Positions 1 to 11,502 of a DNA stretch of 64,000 nt are shown here, piece after piece. How positions within the stretch are numbered: the first letter of the stretch is position 1; every line of letters begins with the position of its first letter. The position numbers were made by a program, and so were the translations under genes. The DNA is from Mobula hypostoma (lineage: Eukaryota). The notes beneath the pieces are model-generated. The model saw nothing but the letters and a program-made list of their open reading frames with translations, was not told the DNA's origin and searched no databases. The stretch spans positions 86,926,001 through 86,990,000 of the forward strand of contig NC_086097.1 of assembly GCF_963921235.1 (NCBI RefSeq), in the 5' to 3' direction.

Positions 1-689
1 TCCTTGTTTCAAAACAAAACATATGCATGATTTAATGCATGAGGAACTTGCATTTTTTATGGTAGCCACTGCCCTTTTAAATCCATTGCTACTCCCTTTC
101 TTATTATTTAGTAGCCTTCCTAGCTCTTTGTTTAAAAGGAATTTCAGAATTGTGCTCTCCAAGTTGAAGACAGAGGTGATCCTGCATGAAAATTAGGGAA
201 TATCATGGTATGGACTGAGGGATTTTACATTGCGGCATGCATTTTTTGTTTGCAAGATCCACTTATTTTAAAAGAAGCCACTTGCTTTTTGAGTCAGTGG
301 CAGTTCTGAAAGAGCATCCATCACTCCCAATCTCGCACTCATTCCCACCCCCTGTAATCCATTCCTTATATCAACTATGTCCTTTTGCACACTACCGCCA
401 CCCTCTCTGATAGTGAGACTTGTATCTACCCTCAACAGATGCAGAAAATAAAATATTCTAAGTATTCTAAGTTTGTAAAGAATTAGGGTTAACATGCAGA
501 TTTAGGCAGAATACCCACTAGGTTTTAAGTTAAATCCTTACCTAGATCTGGATGAACCTTCTGCTTACAGCTGAACTTTGAAGAATGACTAAGTTAATAC
601 ATATAAGCTAAAGCAAGGATCAGAAAGGTTGCACCTCACTTTGAACAAAGACAGGCAGTTTGTGATTTGCAACTTGTTTGAGGAAATAT

Positions 690-1217
690 CAGATTTGTAA
701 CTGTGCCTGTTTCATGTGGGCTTTTTGTGTAGGTTTGCAAAAGTTACGCAGATCTGTTTCTTTGAGCCACTATCAGCAAAAAAATGTAGCTGTTTTTCTT
801 TCTGTTTCTTTATATCATACAGTGTGGAAGAGCCAATGTTGTAACACTCGCACAAGCTTTTCACCGATACACCACTGTCCAGTTTTTTCAAGAGTTCAAC
901 CGTATCTTTAATGGATAATGTGCGGTGTTTTCGCTTCACAGCACGAGGTGCATTTCCTTTACTCACTGGGGTCGTGATTGGGGCTGAAAAAGAGTCAATG
1001 ATATTAATAAATGCAGGAAAACAAGCAGGCATCGCCTCTCTGTGCTTACAAGAGTGTGCCAACATATGAACAGATCTAGCACAACCAAAACAATGTGCAG
1101 CAGATTGGTATGGTAGCCTGGGAAATTTGAAATTACAGTTGTGTGAAAAATTTGAAATCAGTGCCAGATTATCGAAGGAACCGGATTACAGGTAGTCGGA
1201 TTAGTGAAGGTCGACTG
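690..1217 (-). mobile_element. Tigger/pogo (CENP-B/Jerky-like) DNA transposon, 5' fragment
   Basis: ORF 712-1065 reads KRKHRTLSIKDTVELLKKLDSGVSVKSLCECYNIGSSTLYDIKKQK, a psq-type HTH. The minus-strand end TA|CAGTCGACC at 1217 looks like a TIR. Confidence 0.8.
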
Positions 1218-2099
1218 TACTGGGTAAATTAATTGGTCATTGTAAATTCCCTCGTGATTAGGTTAGGGTTAAACCGGAGATGTCGGGGGTTGCGGGTCAG
1301 TGCAGCTGGAAGAATTGGAGGGCCTATTCTGTGCAGTACCTCTGAAGAAATAAACAAAAGCATCTCAGGTAGTTTCCATTTGAGAGTCATCTGATTTCTG
1401 TGTGCAACAGCAAGCGTTCAAACTGTTCATCATTCCCAATACAAAGCCCTTGAAATAGTTGAGAACTGAGAGCACTGGACCTAGTTTCTCACTGTGATAA
1501 AGGTTCAAAGGTTCATTTTATTGTCAAAGTATGCACGTACAATACAACTCGGATACCTGTCTTCTCCAGATAGCCATGAAATACAGAAAGACCTTGGAAG
1601 TTGTTGAAAGAAAAGACATCAACTCCCCCCTCTCCCAGCATGAAAAAGAAAGAGAAACAAAACTCGCAAACCCCCAAATTCCCTCACCCCCCCAGCAGAA
1701 AGAAACCAGCAACAATAGCATAAAATCCCCATCCCTCCCCGCAGAAAAACAGCAACAAAAGCAACAAATCCCCAACCCACCCTGCAGAAGAAAATAGCAA
1801 CAATAACAATCCCTGACCCCTCAGTCTCAGAAAAAAAAGCGACAGTAGCATCAAAATTCCCAACCCCTCCCCACATGCAAAAAAAACTAACAGATCACCC
1901 ACCCACTCACAAGAAAGAAAATGCCAAAAATCTGGACGAGACCAATATAAAGTGCAATCCAAAATCATATAAATCTCAGAATATCAAAGACATCTTTCCA
2001 TCAGCAAATGAGGGAACATAATCTCAATCCTTCCATGTAGAGTGGCCACTCAGGGTCTGAACAGTATTTACTGATTTGTGCAGCCGATCACTTAGGTTT

Positions 2100-2770
2100 C
2101 TCGTAATCAGGCATTGTCCGTGGATTACACATTGCATGGTAAATAGGTTAGGTGCAGCTTTTTTTCAAGATAGTGATTACCCCACGGTGGCATGCTGTCA
2201 CGGATGGAGCCCCATCTATTGCACAAGCAAGAATGGTGGTGAGTGAGTGGACTGTCTTTTTCTTCAACAAAATGCTCAACAATCCGAAATATTGACTCCC
2301 CGTTCACATCTGTTTCTAGTCCCTTTGCAAATAACAACTCTTGAACCACACTTTCTTCTTTTATGAAGCAAACGTAAACAAGAAGCAAAGATTCAAAGAT
2401 TTGTTGCCTGGAAAAGTTGATTCATCTAACTGCAAAGCAGATTTTGTTGTCCTAAGTATAGTGCACAATGAGTCGCCCATATTCTCAGACATTTCATCTA
2501 TCCATCCTTGAAAAGAGCTTTTGCTGAGTGGAATCGCTTTAGTAATTCGCTCTGGTGACTTATGCAAAACCGTTCCCAGAACCTCCCTTACTGCTGGAAG
2601 CATCAGTTCTTCTCCAATTGCATGGGGCTTTCCAGATTTAGCAGTGAGCAATTTAATGCTGTAAGAAGCACAGAAACCATAACTGTCTTGTTGTGAAGTG
2701 CTGGCAAACATAATTTGAAGTGTTTTCCATTTCCTAAGCTTTTATGAGTTGACTAAGTTATTGTTTGCTT
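2100..2770 (-). mobile_element. hAT (Charlie/Buster/ZBED5-like) transposase fragment, frameshifted
   Basis: AKSGKPHAIGEELMLPA...ALQLDEST...VQELLFAKGLETDVNGESIF across ORFs 2361-2711 and 2125-2388. Confidence 0.85.
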
Positions 2771-3624
2771 CATCAAAGTTCAAAGTAAATTTATTATCAA
2801 TGTATATTTATGTCACCATTCAACCCTGAGATTTATTTTCTTGTGGGCATTCACAGTAACACAATAGAATCAATGAAAAATTGCACCCAACAGAACGGAC
2901 AACAACCAGTGTGCAAAAGACAACAACTGTGCAAATACAAAAAAAAAGGAAAAAAAAGAATAACAACAATAAAACTTCTAAGGATATACTTTCATCAGTG
3001 AAAACAGGGCTCAGAACGCCATGTGAGCAAGTGCAGTTCCGATATGAAGTACACACCACTGAAGGGAAAGTACAACACAGAAAAATGAAAAAAAGTTATC
3101 ACTATGGAGGAAAGTGTTTACCAATGGAAAAGCACGACTCTCCATGAAAGATAACCCCACGATCTGAACCGACTAGATGTCGACTCAGAAGTGCTGAATG
3201 CCTGGCTCAGGGTTGAAGACCTCTTCCCAGAAACACAGGGATTCTTCATGGCAATACAGGAGCAAGTGAGTAACACAAAAAAAAATCAAAAATACATAAT
3301 CAAAACCGACAAATTCAAGACAATAAATGCAGAAAATGCCAAGAGAAACCAATGGTTGCAGCAGTTTAACTCAATCTAATTTCTTACACGGACACAATCA
3401 AGTGGCTAACATCATTCAACAAATCTTGCTTTAAAACATAAATTCAAAAAGACACCATACTTTATTATAAATACAAGCTTGATCCAGTCTTAGAGTCAGA
3501 GTATACAAAATATTACAACAGATCCTTTATTACAGATAGGAAAATCCATAATAACCGTCTGCAGCGTAACAAGCAAGAACAACTTGCTTAATATATATAA
3601 CGATTCTAACACAGATAACATGTC

Positions 3625-5797
3625 ACACCACTTTTTTAAAAAGGATGTAGGCAAAAGACAGGCAACTGTTGGCCAGTCAACTTAACATCTGTAGTCGGGA
3701 AAATGCTTGAAGCTGTCATTAAGGAAGAAATAACGAAACATTTAGAAAGGAGTGGTTCCATTAGACAGACGCAGCATGGATTCAGAAAGGGCAGGTCCTG
3801 TTTGACAAACTTACTAGAGTTCTTTGAAGACATAATGAGTGCAGTGGCTAGAGGGGAACAGGTTGGTGTCGTATACAGGTTTCCCCCGCCATCCGAAGGT
3901 ACAGCGTTCCTATGAAACGGTTCGTAAGCCGGAATATCGTAAAGCGAAGAAGCAATTACCATTTATTTATATGAGAAAAATTTGTGAGCATTCGCAGACC
4001 CAAAAATAACCAACCAAATCATGCCAAATAACACATAAAACCTAAAATAACAGTAACATGTAGTAAAAGCAGGAATGATATGATAAATACACAGCCTATA
4101 TAAATTAGAAATACTTCCCTACAATGATTGCCTGCATTGTTCTCCGTAGCGAAAATCTCACGCAAGCACTCTTGGCAGAAACATGGCGCAAGTGCCGTCG
4201 GCAGAAAATCTCATGCAAGCGCTCTCCAGTAACCTTCAAGCTATGAAGCTGCAAAATCATACCAAATAACATGTAAAAATACACAGCCGATATAAAGTAA
4301 AAATAATGTTTGTACAGTGTAGTATCACTTACGGGAATCGGGAAGACAGCATCGAGCACATTGACAATGGTGTGTTAGGCTGAGTCATCAGAGGTTGGGG
4401 TGGTGCAGTGGCCCCCACCCTCCGGGCAGCGACCTGATACCGATCCACGAAGCATGCAGGGGTACAGCGGTAGCCGGGACACACCAAGCATATCTTTAAG
4501 AAAAAAGACGAAATAAACAAGCTAATTAATTAGGTGCCGCCCAGCATGTAAATGTCAGCCCAGATCAGAGACGACGCAATCACCTCTGTACTTGGATTTC
4601 CAGAAGGCGTTCGATAAGGTGCCGCACAAGAGAGTTATAAAATAAGATACGGATGCATGGAGTCGGAGGAAGTGCATTGACATTGATATGGATTGGTTAA
4701 CCAATAGAGGGCAGAGAGTTGGTATAAATGGGTGTTTCTCCCCTTGGCAGTCAGTGGTGAATGGGGTGCCACAGGGGTTGGTGCTGGGCTTGCAGCTGTT
4801 TACCATTTACATTGATGATTTGGAAGAGGGGACTGAGTGTAGTGTAGCAAATTTGCTGATGACATTAAACTGAGTGGAAAAGCAAATTGTACAGAGGACG
4901 TGGAAAGTCTGCAGAGGGATATAGATAGGTAAGTGAGTGGGCCAAGGTCTGGCAGATGGAATACAACATTGGTAAACGTGAGATCATCCACTCCACTTTG
5001 GAAAGAATAATAGAAGAGCAGAATATTATTTAAATGGTGAAGGATTGCAGCATGCTATTGTGCAGAGGGACTTGGGAGTGCTTGTTCATGAATCGCAAAA
5101 AGTTGGCTTGCAGGTACAACAGGTTATTAAGAAGGCAAATGGAATGTTGGCCTTCATTGCTAGAGGGATTGAATTCAAGAGCAGGGAGGTCATGTTGCAA
5201 CTATACAGGGTACTGGTGAGGCTGCACCTGGAGTACTGTGTGCAGTTCTGGTCTCCATACTTGAAGAAGGATATACTGGCTTTGGAGGCAGTGCAGAGAA
5301 GGTTCACCAGGTTGATTCCAGTGATGAAGGGGTTAACCTGTGAGCAGAGATTGAGTCGCCTGGGACTATACTCTCTGGAATTCAGAAGAATGAGAGGGGA
5401 TCTTATAGAAACATACAAAATTTTGAAAGGGATAGATAAGATAGTAGGAAAGTTGTTTCCACTGGTAGGTGAGACTAGAACTAGGGGACATTGCCTCAAG
5501 ATTCAGGGGAGAAGATTTAGGACGGAGATGAGGAGAAACTGTTTTTCCCAGAGAGTGGTGAATCTGTGGAATTGTCTACTCAGGGAAGCAGTTGAGGCTT
5601 CTTCACTAAATATATTTAAGATACAGTTAGATAGGTTTCTACATAGTAGGGGAATTAAGGGTTATGGGGAAGAGGCAGGTAGATGGAGTTGAGTTTACGG
5701 ACAGATCAGCCATGATCTTATTGAATGGCGGGGCAGGCTCGATGGGCTGGATGGCCTACTCCTGCTCCTATTTCTTATGTTCTTACGTTCTTATGTT
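3625..5797 (+). mobile_element. CR1 LINE, RT and C-terminal part with 3' tail
   Basis: QHGFRKGRSCLTNLLEFF; GVPQGLVLG; HLEYCVQFWSPY; tail (TTCTTATG)n at 5772-5797. Confidence 0.92.
3876..4588. mobile_element. Non-autonomous Tc1/mariner (Tigger-like) element inserted into the CR1 at a TA
   Basis: TA|CAGG...CTG|TA ends. The CR1 RT frame (V-Y-L-D-F) rejoins across the insertion. Confidence 0.75.
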
Positions 5798-5910
5798 ATA
5801 TACAGAAATCAATAAGTGAAAAACACTAGAAATATGCTAAACTAAAAGAGGAAATTGAAAAACTATGGAACATGAACAGGGTATACATCAACCTAATATT
5901 AATATCTATG

Positions 5911-6060
5911 CCAGCCAGTGGTGTAGAGGGATAAACATTGGACTTTGAGGCAAATGGTCCTGGGTTTGAACCCAGCCATACCCTTGCGCATTTTCCATTT
6001 GTGCTGAGTTGAGCATCGAACTAGTAACTTGGCCTTGTGAAAAGGGAAAACAACAACAAC
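5911..6060 (+). mobile_element. tRNA-derived SINE
   Basis: Box A-like TGGTGTAGAGG, box B-like GGTTTGAACCC, (AAC)n tail, and flanking direct repeat AATA(T/G)TAATATCT. Confidence 0.65.
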
Positions 6061-6634
6061 AATAGTAATATCTGCAGCTGGTATCATCCTAAAGTCACTA
6101 CACAGCGATATTTATGTAAATCTCCAGAGAGCCATAATACAAACCCCACAAGAGTAGTCTGAAAGTTCCTAGAGATCGAGAAATGAATGTGTTTGGCTAC
6201 TCTCATATCTCAGGTTTTACCAGTTTGAACTGAGAAAAAAATAAAAATACAACAACAATAACAATAAATAAGCAGACGTGGACCCCTAGTAAGGAATCCC
6301 TGCTTTAAACAATTACAATTCTGAGTGTGTCCATCATGTTACTTGTAATGGCGATCACAAACCAAAACTAAACAATGCTCATTAGTTAAAAGATGGTTTG
6401 TTGCAGGCACAATGCTAAATAATTATCATTAATATCTGACAAACAAATATATTGTGTTTTTAAAATACCTACACTGTGGCTGGCATAGTATTTTACCTGT
6501 AACTATGAATCTGGATGCATGATAAGTGCAAGCTTCAATTAATTTAATCTTACAAATGAACAGTAGTATTGCAACCGAGCTCCCGATACTCCAATGTGCC
6601 TTTTGTGTACAGGTATAGATATTGTCTTGCACAT

Positions 6635-6933
6635 GCAACACACATAAAAAATGCTGGTAGAACACAGCAGGCCAGGCAGCATCTATTGGAAGAGGTACAG
6701 TCGACGTTTCGGGCTGAGATCCTTCGTCAGGACTAACTGAAAGAAGAGATAGTAAGAGATTCCCCCACCCCCACTTTCAAATCTCCTCTTTCAGTCAGTC
6801 CTGACGAAGGGTCTCCGCCCGAAACATCGTCTGTACCTCTTCCAATAGATGCTGCCTGGCCTGCTGTATTCTACCAGCACTTTTTATGTGTGTTGCTTGA
6901 ATTTCCAGCATCTGCAGATTTCCTCGTGTTTGC
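6635..6933. mobile_element. Non-coding Penelope-derived hairpin mini-element (two inverted 3' ends)
   Basis: Inverted arms matching the ends of the elements at 23102 and 30798. Perfect 14-bp TSD ATTGTCTTGCACAT (6621-6634 / 6934-6947). Confidence 0.85.
6699..6734 (-). ncRNA. Minimal type I hammerhead ribozyme
   Basis: AGTC CTGACGA AGGATCTCAGCCC GAAA C GTC GACT. Stem II is weakened. Confidence 0.65.
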
Positions 6934-7350
6934 ATTGTCTTGCACATATTTTATTTTGAAGTGTGAGCATAACAGTTCTTAGTGTATTCTGATGCACCCA
7001 CTTGTAACAGGCCATATTTTTCTCATAGCAATTGAGTGTAATTGTGGACTGTATTATAGAACACAAACAATTGGTCAAACAGTCCAAGTCTTTAGCTAAT
7101 AGCACACATGAACCTACAGTGTGCATTGAACAGTATTTCCTGAACTAACATATGCAAGTAGTGTTTCTATTCTGTATTTTCATCAATAAAGGGGCAGATG
7201 TGATCCTGAGAACAGAATGGGTTCAAATATAGCAGATATTGATTTTAAAACATAAAGCTTTCTTTAAGATGAAGATGTTTCATAAACATTGGCCCCTCTA
7301 GTGTGTATAACTGGCCCTAGTTCTGGATTATCTAAAATGTACTGTTGATG

Positions 7351-7722
7351 TTGAGGAAACTAATTGTAGTAGCAGAGATGTGGTTTTTGAGGAGGATGCA
7401 AAGAATATCATGGACGAAACGAATATCTAACAAGGATGTCATGAGCAGAGCAAGGACAAAAAGAGAAGTAATGTATGAAATCATGAAAAGACAACGTAAC
7501 TTCATTGGACGTGATTAGGAAAGAGGAGTTAGAATGCACAGTAATTATGGGAAAGATTGAAGGGAAGAAAGCAAGAGGAAGACAAAGACAAATGATGATG
7601 GAGACAGCAGCCAGAGGACTGAAAATGAATACCAATGAATTGATCCACTTGACCTGAAAAAGGAGTGTGCGGGCCATGGCAGTCAAAGCTCAAATTGGGC
7701 ATGGCACCTGATGATGATAATG
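7351..7722 (+). mobile_element. RTE-clade LINE, 5'-truncated
   Basis: ISWTKRISNKDV...IMGKIEGKKARGRQR; (TGA)n tail; TSD ACTGTTGATG (7341-7350 / 7723-7732). Confidence 0.85.
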
Positions 7723-7984
7723 ACTGTTGATGCCATTCTGTTTTATGTTCAAGTTACAAATTTATGTTTGCCATTCAATTAATGTTTTGATGCTCCAACA
7801 TGGCTTCTAGATACACTTAAGCTGGTAGCTACCTATCAGTTGTTGTATTTCGTTAATCCTAATCTTGAGGGTAAAATTACTGCATTGTTACTTAATGAAT
7901 TTCAATTTCTGGCAGTTACCAAGCACAGTTGATTTAGTTACGAAAGCAGAAACTGCTGTTATTGCAAATCTGATACAATAACTA

Positions 7985-8969
7985 CAGCTGATTCTGGTTA
8001 AATGGGCCATTAGTTAATTGGGGCAGCCGCTTATTTGGGACAACTCTTAAAGAACAAAAATGAATCGAGAATATAGCCAGGATTTCCTACATTCATTTGG
8101 GACACTACGCCACTTATTTGGAACAGGAGACTGTTGCTGAACAGTTTCTAACTACCGTCAGTCACGTACACTTGTGTGGCTGTTAGACACTACACTGTAC
8201 TTAGAGCAAACCGTTTTAAAATAACGTCGGTTGCATGTGCTTATGTCAAAAAAAACTGAATTTTGTCACTGATAGTTGATGAGAAATAAGCAGTAAGATA
8301 ATTAGGAATTGTTATGCTCAGTGTGGTTTCAAGCACTTTGACTTGCAGATCTGTGAAATGGCCGGGAGTGAAAATGAAACTATTTCACTAATTCAACAAG
8401 TCAGGAACTACAAATAATCTAAAGGTATTGATAATCATCTTGAATGTCACAATGAAAATGAAGATTTGGAGGATGCAGCCATTTCAGTCACATGCACTTG
8501 TGTGGCCATTAGACACTACACTGTGCTTAGAGCAAACAGTTTTTAATAGAGTCAGTTACATGTGCTGTGTTGTGTTATTTATTTGGACCAACCAACACCA
8601 AATTAAAAAGCAGTGAGTTTTGATTCTACTTCATGCAGCAAGGCAATGAAGGCAGTGCATTATCTTCACTATATGTCTGTGGAGATTTTATTCATTTACA
8701 GTCAATCAAAAAAACACAGCAGTGTAGACTGTATGAATTCCTCCATTGATATCTATTAGGAACTAATACACAGTTTGATAGTATTGGTAGTGTTCCAATT
8801 TGTTCTGTATTCCATTTAGATACATAATTTATTACTCAGTTAAATGGTACTTTGTATTTTTTAAATATATTTTTAACTGTTTCCATAAAACTTTGGCTAA
8901 TTGGGGCAGCCGCTTAATTGGGCCAAAATGTACTGGTCCCAAAGTGTCCTAGTTAATTGGAATGTACTG
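7985..8969. mobile_element. Non-autonomous Tigger/pogo-like DNA transposon
   Basis: TA|CAG...CTG|TA ends, subterminal TAATTGGGGCAGCCGCTTA near both ends, and an internal duplication (about 8157-8225 vs 8484-8550). Confidence 0.7.
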
Positions 8970-11242
8970 TATTTTTTTTGCAGAAGTGGCCACACCTGCT
9001 GTGTTCTTCCAGCATTTTCTTTTTATATTAATATATTTACCTTCCAATTTAAGAGAAATGAAATGAATTCAGATTAGGCCAATGTAATACTGTAGGATAA
9101 AAGCTGAATTGTTTAGATCTCTGATTTATTTCTGAAGAATATTTTTGCAGGCTCAAGATGAACATGAAATTTCTATTTTTTTCATGATTTTCCAGCTTTG
9201 AACGATAGTCCAGGCATACACTTAAGTTTAAGTTAAGCAAGAAAGTTTAAAGACTTCACCTCAGAACAGAAAAACCTAATTATCACATTATGTTCAGCCA
9301 AAAAAGAAGAAAATTCTAGACCAGGGATAAACAAAACTTTTTGAGAGCTGTGCCCAAATTGGTGATAACCTTCTAAAAAATTCTCTCGCATGCTATAGTG
9401 ATTTTTACCAGAGATAATCAACGTTTAATGAATTAGTAATAATAGTTATGGACTTTTTTTTCAGGAAAGACGACAAGTTCTGTTGCTTATTACATGTATT
9501 CATTGTTTTACTATTAAAATATAACAGAAATAAATGAACCATTTTAGAAAACATGCTCAAAATTATTAATATTCATTTCAAAAAACTACTGAAAATATCG
9601 TAATTTCTAAATAGTATTGTCCTGTAACATTTTCTATCCAGATGTTGATGTGTACACCAGATCTGCAAGCATTTCAATATGAATCACCCAATGTCACGTG
9701 CCCTTGCAACCGTCTGGTAGGTGCCAACCTGGTGTGAGAAGTTTCCTGTGAAAATATCTCACTGCTCTCAGGCTGTAAAAAATCATTTGCTGTTTCATTA
9801 GGCAGTTCAGATAATCATTATGTATCTTTTTATTACGGGTGGGATTTAAAAAATTGAGGGGTTCAACTGTATGTTGTGTGGCAACAAAACTTTTACACAT
9901 GCCATAGCTTTGCCACCGTTGTAGACCCTTCAGCATAAAACCAAAGTCTAGAATTTACTCATTAATAACTGATCAGTGATAGTTACAAGAAATGTAATTT
10001 ACAACGAAAATGTAGCATTACTCTTCAAGGATCTCAAACTGAACATGCAATGTGCATGTATCAAAAAAAAACCTGATTAGCTACAATTATATTTTAGAAT
10101 CTTGATTCAGATTAATTTTTCACATGTACATTGAAGTATACAGTGAAATTGAAGTATACAATGACACAGTGAAATGTGTCATTTGTGTTAATAAGCAACA
10201 GGCCCAGGGATATGGTGAGAGCAGTCTGAAAGTGTCATGATACATTTCAGTGTCAACAGAGCACTGAGCAATGTTGAGGACTGAGAAAAAAAAGTTCTAC
10301 AAATGCTGAATAATTCTGGAAACAGTGATGCCTGGATCTCACTTGTTCCATTTGCTGAATTTGTTTACTCATCTTGGTAATCCAAGAAATATGATTTCCA
10401 ACAGAAGCAAATACTCCGTTAAAGTATACAGAACAACTGAAATTTTTGACAAGCTGAAATCAGCGCGAAAGGCCAGTCGTTGGTGACACAGCAAGAGGTT
10501 TAGAAAGAGCTCAAGAGTTTTAGCTTCATTTTGGCAGGCAGAAATCAGCATGAGGCCAATAAAATGAAAGGAGGTGTAAGTGGTTGGCCATTGTTGGAGT
10601 GGGGCTTTGGCTCAACAGGCTTAGGCGAGCACAGGTGGAGGTATTAAGTACGTAAGAAAGTTTCCAGTAAGCTTTTTCTTCTCTAAGTACATAGCTAGTG
10701 CACAGAGAATGGGTCCAAAAGTAATCGTATATTCCCTGTGTGAGATATGGAAATTTCAGATACCTTCGTTCTCCCTGATAGTTACATCTGCACAAAGTGC
10801 ATCGAGCTGCATCTCCTTAGAGACCATGTTAAAGAATTGGAGCTACAGTCTTCGGCTTATATGGGAAAATGAGGAGGTGATAGATAGGAGCTGCAGGGAG
10901 GTAGTCACCGCTAAGTTGCAAGAGGTATCCTGGGTGACTGTCAGGAGAGGGAAAGGGAATAGGCAGCCAGTGCAGAATACCCCGTGGCTATTCCACTCAA
11001 TAAAAAGTGTACCGCTTTGGATACTGTTGTGGTGAGGGGGGTGGAGAAATGACCTGCTGGGGGAAGCCACAATGACTGGGTCTCTGACACTGAGCCTGGC
11101 TCTGTGGCTCAGAAGGGAAGGGGGGAGGAGTGCTGTTAGCGATCGGGAATTCCATAATTAGAGGAGCAGAAAGCAGATTCCTTGGATGTGAAAGAGACAT
11201 TCAAATGGTATGTTGCTTCTCAGGTGCTAGGGTCAAGGATGT

Positions 11243-11477
11243 TGTGGTAAACCATATATATATATGTTGTAACTGGGTTACCTGTCTGGACACGCCCCTC
11301 TGCTGACTGATCCAGTGGCTCCTCCCACAGACCCTGAATAAAGGCGATTGCGCCATTGCTCCTCCTCTCAGTCCAGGGGCAGATACTCATCATGGTGGAG
11401 GTCTCATTTTACTGCTAATAAAAACCTTTCAGTATTAACTCTACTTCCAGTCTTTTGGAGTTATTGATAGAGCATCA
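11243..11477 (+). repeat. 5' LTR
   Basis: Direct repeat of 15447-15679 with about 15 differences by eye; AATAAA at 11417. Confidence 0.97.
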
Positions 11478-11502
11478 ATATTTTTAGCAGTAATTTTAAA
11501 GC

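Larger units (their letters stand above)
3090..6270 (+). mobile_element. R4/Dong-like (restriction-endonuclease type) non-LTR retrotransposon 3' end, split by CR1 and SINE insertions
   Basis: WLRVEDLFPETQGFFMAIQEQV and HNQVANII at 3190-3420. It resumes near 5800 (KYAKLKEEIEKLWNMNRVYI...GIIPKSL) and ends in an AAC/AAT-rich tail near 6250-6270. Confidence 0.65.

Noticed and set aside
268..495. 75-aa ORF in unique-looking sequence
   Set aside because: No recognisable motif or convincing splice sites.
1500..1990. Overlapping Q/P/K-rich ORFs
   Set aside because: Low-complexity imperfect repeats within a retroposon tail.
5911..5980. tRNA gene
   Set aside because: Only box A/B are present, with a tail and TSD, so it is a SINE head. 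The same applies near 37920-37987.
9233..9760. Possible GALNT11 lectin exons (GHSSQK; cag|ATCTGG)
   Set aside because: Matches of only 2-4 residues, consistent with chance.
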